64,000 nt of DNA from Waddliaceae bacterium (GTDB taxonomy: Bacteria > Chlamydiota > Chlamydiia > Chlamydiales > Waddliaceae). The notes under the pieces are model-generated. The model was given only the letters and a program-made list of their open reading frames with translations, had not been told where the DNA came from and did no database searches. Of this stretch, positions 57,387 through 64,000 are shown in pieces. The first letter of the stretch is position 1; every line of letters starts with the position of its first letter. The stretch is taken from assembly GCA_963724325.1 (NCBI GenBank), contig CAVRUH010000001.1, forward strand, positions 544,001 through 608,000, given 5' to 3'. A program made the position numbers and the translations under genes.

Positions 57387-58640
57387 ATGGACGGAATACG
57401 ATTAAATGAGGTTTGTAAAAATTATTTTCATATTGAGAAACCTAAATCGGCAGTCGAAGGGTTATTGCTTACAGGCAAAATTATTTCATATGCCACTATA
57501 ATCTTACCGATCGTTTTTATAGCATTGACCGCAATTTCACAAGGTCTGATGAATCGACAATTTAGAGTTAATAGTCCGGATGCACCTAGTGAAAAATCAG
57601 TGCAGGATATTGCAAAGAATCAGAATATTATTCCCGCTCTAAGAAATTCAGATGCAGATGTTGTGAAAGATGAAGTTTCCGATGAAATCCCGTTTCAAAA
57701 GATACGAGAAATTCAGAGATCTGATCTTAAAGATCACCTTTTTGAAAGTATTTTTCCTCAAAAACCTGTTGAAGGTAATTTTATAAATAGTGATGGTCAG
57801 GAGTCAGGATTTCAACACTTTCAGATTAATTGCAATGGGGGTGAGGTGGCGTTTCACGAACAATTCGGCTGCTTTGAGGGGCCGCAGATCGCTCGATATA
57901 ATCCTGAAGGGACTCAATATGGTGCGTTGCTCTCTCGGATACAACTTACTCCGGAAATGGCAAGCAAATTACCAAATTTACCAAATGAAATTGCAAATAG
58001 ACCTATTACCGATGCGTTTGTAACTATTTGGGGAAATTTGCCAGACAAACAGGATGATGTTGGAGGCGGTGAGCATCTTATGTTTCGACCCCAAACACTG
58101 GTAGGACAAATCCCAAATGGTTATGGGAAATTAGGCAAAGGGTTGTACCCCTTGAATATAGGAATGTTCACGAGTGCTAATGGAGGGATCATCCCGATAG
58201 AACGATCTAAAGATCACAAAGATTTGCCAACGGGGCTTGCTGTGAATAACAAGTTACAACGATGTCAATATGATTGCCATGGTGAAAATGATGACCCTTC
58301 CAAAAACATCGAGGACAATATATATCTGACTTCAGTAATGGGAACTTTCGATTTAGATAATAAACAGGTTCATGCTTTTACTGTAGTGGCGACCCTTGAT
58401 CCTCAAGAAGAACAGTATTTAGACTTTAAGGACATCAATAAAACAATGGCTTCCTATCAAATTGTTCTTTCGGATGAATTAACAAAACAATTAGCGCCCT
58501 TATTTCATACTGCACAGAATCTTAGAGAATTATTGCAGGGATTGCATGTTTTTGCAGCACAGTTAAATGCAAACGATAGAGATACCCCGATGCTCAAACA
58601 AGCTGTCCGCCATTTGATTCATATTTTTTCTGAGGATTAA
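57387..58640 (+). CDS. Hypothetical protein with DUF648-like chlamydial N-terminus (candidate effector)
   Basis: NYF...KIISYATIILPIVFIAL motif typical of chlamydial DUF648-like N-termini. Confidence 0.6.
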   Translation: MDGIRLNEVCKNYFHIEKPKSAVEGLLLTGKIISYATIILPIVFIALTAISQGLMNRQFRVNSPDAPSEKSVQDIAKNQNIIPALRNSDADVVKDEVSDEIPFQKIREIQRSDLKDHLFESIFPQKPVEGNFINSDGQESGFQHFQINCNGGEVAFHEQFGCFEGPQIARYNPEGTQYGALLSRIQLTPEMASKLPNLPNEIANRPITDAFVTIWGNLPDKQDDVGGGEHLMFRPQTLVGQIPNGYGKLGKGLYPLNIGMFTSANGGIIPIERSKDHKDLPTGLAVNNKLQRCQYDCHGENDDPSKNIEDNIYLTSVMGTFDLDNKQVHAFTVVATLDPQEEQYLDFKDINKTMASYQIVLSDELTKQLAPLFHTAQNLRELLQGLHVFAAQLNANDRDTPMLKQAVRHLIHIFSED

Positions 58641-61600
58641 CCTTGTAAAGAATGCAATAGAGGACTGGTACTAGAAACATTGTGAGGATGGTTCCAAAGG
58701 TTAATCCGCCCATGATGGTAATGGTCATTGATTTCCAAAAAACATCGATGATTAATGGAGCAACACCAAAGACCGTTGTGACGGCACCCAAAAGAACAGG
58801 TCGTAGACGTGATATAGAGGCAATCATTACGGCTTGATAGGGCTCGTTGCCGCCGCTTGTTTCGACTTCAATTTGATCTAACAGAACAACCGCATTTTTG
58901 ATCATCATTCCAGAAAGACTCATACCTCCTAAAAGGGCCATAAATCCAAAAGGGGTATTAAAAAGAAGAAGGCTCCAAGTAATACCAATGACAACAAATG
59001 GGATTGTGAAAACAATAATAAGTGGTGTTCGAATGGAATTGAACAGAGCAACAAGGATGGTAATCATGATTACTCCTGCAGGAAGTAGCCCTGGAAGGAG
59101 ATTATCTCTTGAATCACGCGTACTTTGGTCTTCACCCTTTTTGTAGATTTCATAATAAGGAGGGAGTTTAAGTTGATTAAACTGTTCGATTACATGATCT
59201 TTCAAATCGGGATAGGTTGTTCCATTAGGCTCTCCCTGGACTGTATTTGCACGCCTGCGATCCCATCTAAAAATGATGGGATCCTCCCATTCCGTCGTAA
59301 TTTTCTTTGCCACTTGTGTAAGTGGAACTGAATAGTTAGATGCGCTGGGCTGTACCTGTACCATTTCGAGCAGTGATGCTTTTTTCCTTTGTTCTTCTGT
59401 GCTTCTTAGGAAAATTGGAATGATCTGATCTCGTTCTCGATAAATGCCGATTCTTTCTCCATCATGGATACGACTTGTTGCGCTTGCGATGGCTTCACGT
59501 TGGACTCCGAGCCATCGCCCGTTTATTTGATCGTATTCAGGAACTATTTTCGGAACTTGATTCATCATGACGGTTTTTACATCTTTCGCAAGGGGACTTG
59601 CAAGAAGGATGTCGGCACCCTGATCTCCGAGTCCTCTAAGTACTGCTAAGCTGGCTTCCGCAGGGCCGCTGATGTGCCATTCGAATTTCCAGGCATTTCC
59701 TGGGCCTACAGCATATTTTCGAATTCTCGTTAATGCGTCGGGATACCTTTTATTTAACCATGGTTGCAATTTTTCGATAAGAGGATTTATTTTTCTGAAA
59801 TCATCGAAATTGACGATGATTTGGGCATAGTTTGGATACTGCATTTCTGGTTCTACAGGGAGATAGAATCTTGGGGGGCCTGCTCCAATAAAACTGCTAA
59901 CGGCAGTGACTCCATCATAGTCCTTTAGAAAACTTTCTGTTGGCTGAATGTCTTGCGAGACCTGTTGAATTTTCGTTCCTTGCGGGTACCAAAAATCGAC
60001 CATGAGTTGAGGTCGTGAAGATTCAGGAAAAAACATTTTTTTTACGCTTCCAAAGCCAATAAATGAAAAGATAAGCAAACCTACCATACAAATCAAAAAG
60101 CTCCATCTGAATCTGATAGAAATCTCGAGCAATCTTCGATATGTATTGAAAAATCTAGTGTTATATTGGTCTGATCCTGTGTCTTCTTTTTTGGGGTTTG
60201 GTAACATGTCATAGCACTGCAGGGGAGTCAAAGTAATGGCTATGAGCCAGCTCATTAATAGAGACATCCCTACGACGACAAAAAGAGATCCTGCATATTC
60301 TCCTGTATCTGATTTAGATCCATATATTGGATAAAAAGCCATTGAGGCAACTATTGTAGCTCCTAAAAGTGGCATTAGGGGAAGAGTCGCCGATTCAATG
60401 CAGGCCTTCATTCTATCCATCCCTTGGTTCAGCCGCACCATGATGCCATCCGCCACGACAATAGCATTATCGACCATCATTCCTAAGGCAATAATTAATG
60501 CCCCTAAGGATATTCTGTGAAGGTCGATGCCGGCCATTTTCATCAGAATAAATACAGAAAAAATGGTCAGAATTAAGCAGCTGCCAATGATTATCCCCAT
60601 CCTAAATCCCATAGTGATGGCTAAAACAATAAGGACAATCAAGACTGCTTCAATTAGATTTATCAAAAAATCGTTGACGGATTTGCTTACTTCATCGGAT
60701 TGCCAAGCAACTTTTCTGACTTCTATTCCGACAGGAATTCCTCCCATGATTTCTTGAAGTCGTTTTTCAATAGCTTTGCCGGTATCAACAATGTTGCCGC
60801 CGGCAACATTAGCGAGAGCAATGGCAATTGCCGGACTCTGGTTAAAACGGAAAAGTGTTTTAGGTGGAATCTGATATCCATCCACAACAGTTGAAACATC
60901 TTTGATGCGAATAAGTTCAGGTGAAGGTGTGCTTCCAGAGATTTCTGTGGGTCTTGCTGTTTGGGCTGTGGAGAAATCGACTTGTTGCGGTGTTGGCTTA
61001 TTTGTAGGGTGTAAATAAAGATCCCCAATTTCATTAACGGATCTAAATTCTCCTGTGGGAGCAATTCTTATTCGATTTGATTGCACATCCACATATCCTG
61101 CATCTACTACAAGGTTTTGACTATTGAGGGTCGACTGAAAATTTTTCGGATTGATTCCGCTTTGAGCCAATTGTTGTTCAGAAATATCAATAAAAATAGC
61201 ACGATCTTGAATCCCCCAAAATTCTACTCTGGACACCCCTGTAACAAGAGAAAGTTCCTTTTTTATCGCTTTTGAAATTGATTCAAGTTCCCTATAAGAG
61301 TATCCTTCACCAGTGACAGCTAAAACAAATCCATACACAAAATTAAAATCATCTCCTACAATAGGTTCTTGAACACCTGGCGGCAGTTGAGGAGTGATGT
61401 TTTTGACTTTTTTTCTAACATCGTCCCAAACTTGAGGTAATTCTTTAGCCCAATAATTTTGTTTAATATCAATTTTTACAGTAGAAACACCTGCTCTTGA
61501 ATACGAATGGATATGATTTACTTGGGGCATCTCTTGTATGGCCTGCTCGATTCTATCGGTCACTTCAAGTTCTACCTCTTCAGGGCTAGCTCCTGGATAA

Positions 61601-61749
61601 AGAGTTGTAATGACGCAGCTTTTGACAGAAAAATCTGGGTCTTCTAGCTGCCCAAGTGACATAAATGAGATGACTCCCAAAACAATAATCATGACCAATA
61701 CAAAATAGCTAAATATTTTGTTTTTGAAAGTGTATTCAGTAATATTCAT
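58594..61749 (-). CDS. RND efflux permease (AcrB/AcrD/AcrF family)
   Basis: YPGASPEEVE, ALGMMVDNAIVV, GMMIKNAVVL, RLRPVLL; 1051 aa. Confidence 0.95.
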   Translation of the reverse strand: MNITEYTFKNKIFSYFVLVMIIVLGVISFMSLGQLEDPDFSVKSCVITTLYPGASPEEVELEVTDRIEQAIQEMPQVNHIHSYSRAGVSTVKIDIKQNYWAKELPQVWDDVRKKVKNITPQLPPGVQEPIVGDDFNFVYGFVLAVTGEGYSYRELESISKAIKKELSLVTGVSRVEFWGIQDRAIFIDISEQQLAQSGINPKNFQSTLNSQNLVVDAGYVDVQSNRIRIAPTGEFRSVNEIGDLYLHPTNKPTPQQVDFSTAQTARPTEISGSTPSPELIRIKDVSTVVDGYQIPPKTLFRFNQSPAIAIALANVAGGNIVDTGKAIEKRLQEIMGGIPVGIEVRKVAWQSDEVSKSVNDFLINLIEAVLIVLIVLAITMGFRMGIIIGSCLILTIFSVFILMKMAGIDLHRISLGALIIALGMMVDNAIVVADGIMVRLNQGMDRMKACIESATLPLMPLLGATIVASMAFYPIYGSKSDTGEYAGSLFVVVGMSLLMSWLIAITLTPLQCYDMLPNPKKEDTGSDQYNTRFFNTYRRLLEISIRFRWSFLICMVGLLIFSFIGFGSVKKMFFPESSRPQLMVDFWYPQGTKIQQVSQDIQPTESFLKDYDGVTAVSSFIGAGPPRFYLPVEPEMQYPNYAQIIVNFDDFRKINPLIEKLQPWLNKRYPDALTRIRKYAVGPGNAWKFEWHISGPAEASLAVLRGLGDQGADILLASPLAKDVKTVMMNQVPKIVPEYDQINGRWLGVQREAIASATSRIHDGERIGIYRERDQIIPIFLRSTEEQRKKASLLEMVQVQPSASNYSVPLTQVAKKITTEWEDPIIFRWDRRRANTVQGEPNGTTYPDLKDHVIEQFNQLKLPPYYEIYKKGEDQSTRDSRDNLLPGLLPAGVIMITILVALFNSIRTPLIIVFTIPFVVIGITWSLLLFNTPFGFMALLGGMSLSGMMIKNAVVLLDQIEVETSGGNEPYQAVMIASISRLRPVLLGAVTTVFGVAPLIIDVFWKSMTITIMGGLTFGTILTMFLVPVLYCILYKVNPQKKYESNGGQLV

Positions 61750-61763
61750 CCGTTATTTCTCAT

Positions 61764-62816
61764 TTACAAAATTTTAACTTTTTGTCCCTCTTGAATATGG
61801 TATACACCGGCTGTAACTATTGATTCTCCAGCATTAAGACCCGTCACCCAAATTCCTTGTGGAGTTGTTTTCACTATTTTCACTTGTCGTTTTTGAACGG
61901 TCATTGATTTCTCTTCGATTACCCAGACGTAATTTTTCTCGGGATCCACCACCGTAAAAACTGATGAAACAGGAACTGTAAAAGAGGGATTAAGGGTCTG
62001 AGCTTTTGCACTGAAGGTAGCCCCGATTGTTGTTGTGGTCATTCCAGGAAGAATTGTAATATCTTTAGGCTGATCAAATATCAATGTCATAGGATATGTC
62101 CGTGTAGCTGCCGTCGCTTCAGTTCCAATATTTTTGACTCTAGCCTTGATTACATCATTTGGAAATGAATCAAACAATAGATCGACCTCCTCTACATAGG
62201 GTGCATAGGGAATCATCGTTTCAGGGATGCTCAGCGTAACTTCAATTTTTGATATATCCAAAAGTCGAAGAATTATTTCGTTTGCTATAACTCTTTGATA
62301 AGCCTCCTTATAGGTCCAAGAGATTACACCATTAAAAGGTGCCCTTAACTGAGTATCTTCCAAAGCCTTAACTTTTATCTCCAGATTGGCCTTACTCGAA
62401 GCTTGTCGCGCAATGGCGTCAGAAAGATCTTGCTTAGCAACTGCATTGTAGATCAAAGCTTCTACAATTCTCTCGTAGTGTGCTTTTGAACGTTCATATT
62501 CGGCTTGAGCAGAATCTACACTGCTTTGAAAATCCCGAGGATCCAACCACGCTAGAATTTCGCCAGTCTTGACATTGTCTCCTTTGCTAACCGGACGGCC
62601 AATCATAGTACCCGCAACCGGAAAACCCAAGTTGAGCTCTTGAGTGGCCTCCGCTCTTCCACTAAAATTATTGAGAATAACTTTTGAGGACTCTTCAATT
62701 TTCATTGATTTGACAGGTCTAGTGGTTTCCTGAGCAGGTTCTTTTTTTTCGCAACCTGAGAGGGCGAGCAAACCCAATAAGCAATAGAAATAAAAATGTT
62801 TCATTCTAAATTCCAA
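61764..62816 (-). CDS. RND efflux periplasmic adaptor (MFP) lipoprotein
   Basis: Lipobox LALSG-C, LRAPFNG, ILPGMT, GLNAGESIVTAG; likely start ATG at 62804. Confidence 0.92.
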   Translation of the reverse strand: MEFRMKHFYFYCLLGLLALSGCEKKEPAQETTRPVKSMKIEESSKVILNNFSGRAEATQELNLGFPVAGTMIGRPVSKGDNVKTGEILAWLDPRDFQSSVDSAQAEYERSKAHYERIVEALIYNAVAKQDLSDAIARQASSKANLEIKVKALEDTQLRAPFNGVISWTYKEAYQRVIANEIILRLLDISKIEVTLSIPETMIPYAPYVEEVDLLFDSFPNDVIKARVKNIGTEATAATRTYPMTLIFDQPKDITILPGMTTTTIGATFSAKAQTLNPSFTVPVSSVFTVVDPEKNYVWVIEEKSMTVQKRQVKIVKTTPQGIWVTGLNAGESIVTAGVYHIQEGQKVKIL

Positions 62817-64000
62817 CCTCCACCAAGAGCTTTATAAATTTGGATCAGATTCTGAACGACGAGTCCCTCACTTTCAATAAGAAGTTCTTGTCGATCAAAA
62901 AGAGATTCTTGCATGAACAACACCACAAAAAAGCTGACTAATCCGACCCGATACTGATAATCAACGAGGTCGACCGATTTTTGAGCTGCCGCAACAGATT
63001 CACGAAGCAATTCTCGTCTTTCCATTTCTTTTACATACGCAGTCATTGCAGTCTCCACTTCTTCTACAGCGACTAAAACTGTTTGTTCATACTGATACTT
63101 TGCCTGCCATGCTATAGCAACTTGTGCCTCAATCTCACTCTGAATCCTACCGCCGTCATATAAATTCCAAATAAAATTTATCCCATATGCCCACATTTTC
63201 TTTGACTGTTCAAAAATGTCTGACTGACCTAAAACTCCCAACATTCCTGTTAAATTGAATTGAGGATACAGGTCTGCGACTGCTGCTCCAATGAGATAAA
63301 ATTGTGCCGCGTAATTTCTTTCCGCAGCCCTTATGTCAGGCCTTTGGCGCAAGAGATTGGCCGGGAGGCTTACTGGTATCGTTTGAAAAAACTCAGGTAT
63401 ATTTTGAGTATTAAGGAATTCCTCATGCAGCGGGCCAGGAAACTCTCCGATTAAAACCGCAAGACTGTTGATCGCTGCAGTTAAAAGGGCTTCGTATCCT
63501 GGAATAGTGGATTCTGTTAACGATAAATTTAACTGCGCCTGAAATACATCCATTTCCGATGTTAATTCCGCATTAAATTTGGCGCTTGCTACATTGAGAG
63601 ATTGCCTTTGATTGTCAGCATTTAACTTGGCATTTTGAATTTGGAGTTGTAAAGCGCGAATGCTATAGTAGGTCCCTGCAACTTCCGCATAAAGCGAAAC
63701 GAGAGCATCTCGATAATCTTCAATAGTCGCCTCCCAGTTTGCTTTAGCTGAATCAACTTCGTTGGCGATCTTACCCCAGAAGTCAATCTCCCAAGATGCA
63801 TCTAGAAAGGATAAACTTAAACGATTGTATGGATTGTTGCCGTTAATGGTAGGGATAGGGAATCCCTGCGAGGCTCGAATTTTCTGGAACGATCCTAAAG
63901 CATTGACATCTGGATAATACTGGGACCTTACTATCTGAATAACTGCTCGTGCTTCAACAATTCGCGCATAGGCCTGCTTCAGAGTGATATTATAGAAGTC
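62801..64000 (-). CDS. RND efflux outer-membrane factor (NodT/OprM family), 5' end outside the window
   Basis: LLRQRPDIRAAE, ADLYP, IYKALGGGW; upstream sequence reads DASWEIDFWG near 63775-63805. Confidence 0.9.
   Translation of the reverse strand, partial: DFYNITLKQAYARIVEARAVIQIVRSQYYPDVNALGSFQKIRASQGFPIPTINGNNPYNRLSLSFLDASWEIDFWGKIANEVDSAKANWEATIEDYRDALVSLYAEVAGTYYSIRALQLQIQNAKLNADNQRQSLNVASAKFNAELTSEMDVFQAQLNLSLTESTIPGYEALLTAAINSLAVLIGEFPGPLHEEFLNTQNIPEFFQTIPVSLPANLLRQRPDIRAAERNYAAQFYLIGAAVADLYPQFNLTGMLGVLGQSDIFEQSKKMWAYGINFIWNLYDGGRIQSEIEAQVAIAWQAKYQYEQTVLVAVEEVETAMTAYVKEMERRELLRESVAAAQKSVDLVDYQYRVGLVSFFVVLFMQESLFDRQELLIESEGLVVQNLIQIYKALGGGWNLE

Overview
This window comes from an environmental Chlamydiae (Chlamydiota) chromosome, as shown by the chlamydial 16S signatures, hctA, a MOMP-like porin, stand-alone nqrF, and DUF2608 and DUF648-like genes. 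In order it holds a Zn/Mn ABC operon with a multiply frameshifted permease, tRNA-Ser(GCT), and dnaB carrying a 139-aa mini-intein. Next is a 16-kb tandem array of four ~1320-aa paralogues, then a housekeeping block (pit/DUF47, TPR-ExbB-ExbD, hctA, rlmD, yajC, porin, nqrF, nadE, epmA-efp). Two back-to-back rRNA operons follow, each trailed by an ATGGAC/GTCCAT fold-back repeat tract. The window ends with rlmB, tRNA-Ser(GGA), an accessory region and a tripartite RND efflux operon cut by the window edge. The best candidate for an undescribed system is the four-gene array. By motif reading, each protein is F-box-like motif / variable ankyrin repeats / Lys-rich linker / HEPN (DUF86-like) RNase domain with an intact RxxxxH motif / catalytically dead CE-clan (Ulp1-like) protease fold. 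The ankyrin sensor ends are diversified and shuffled between copies, while the C-terminal two-thirds is nearly identical. All domain calls are by eye and need profile or structure confirmation.
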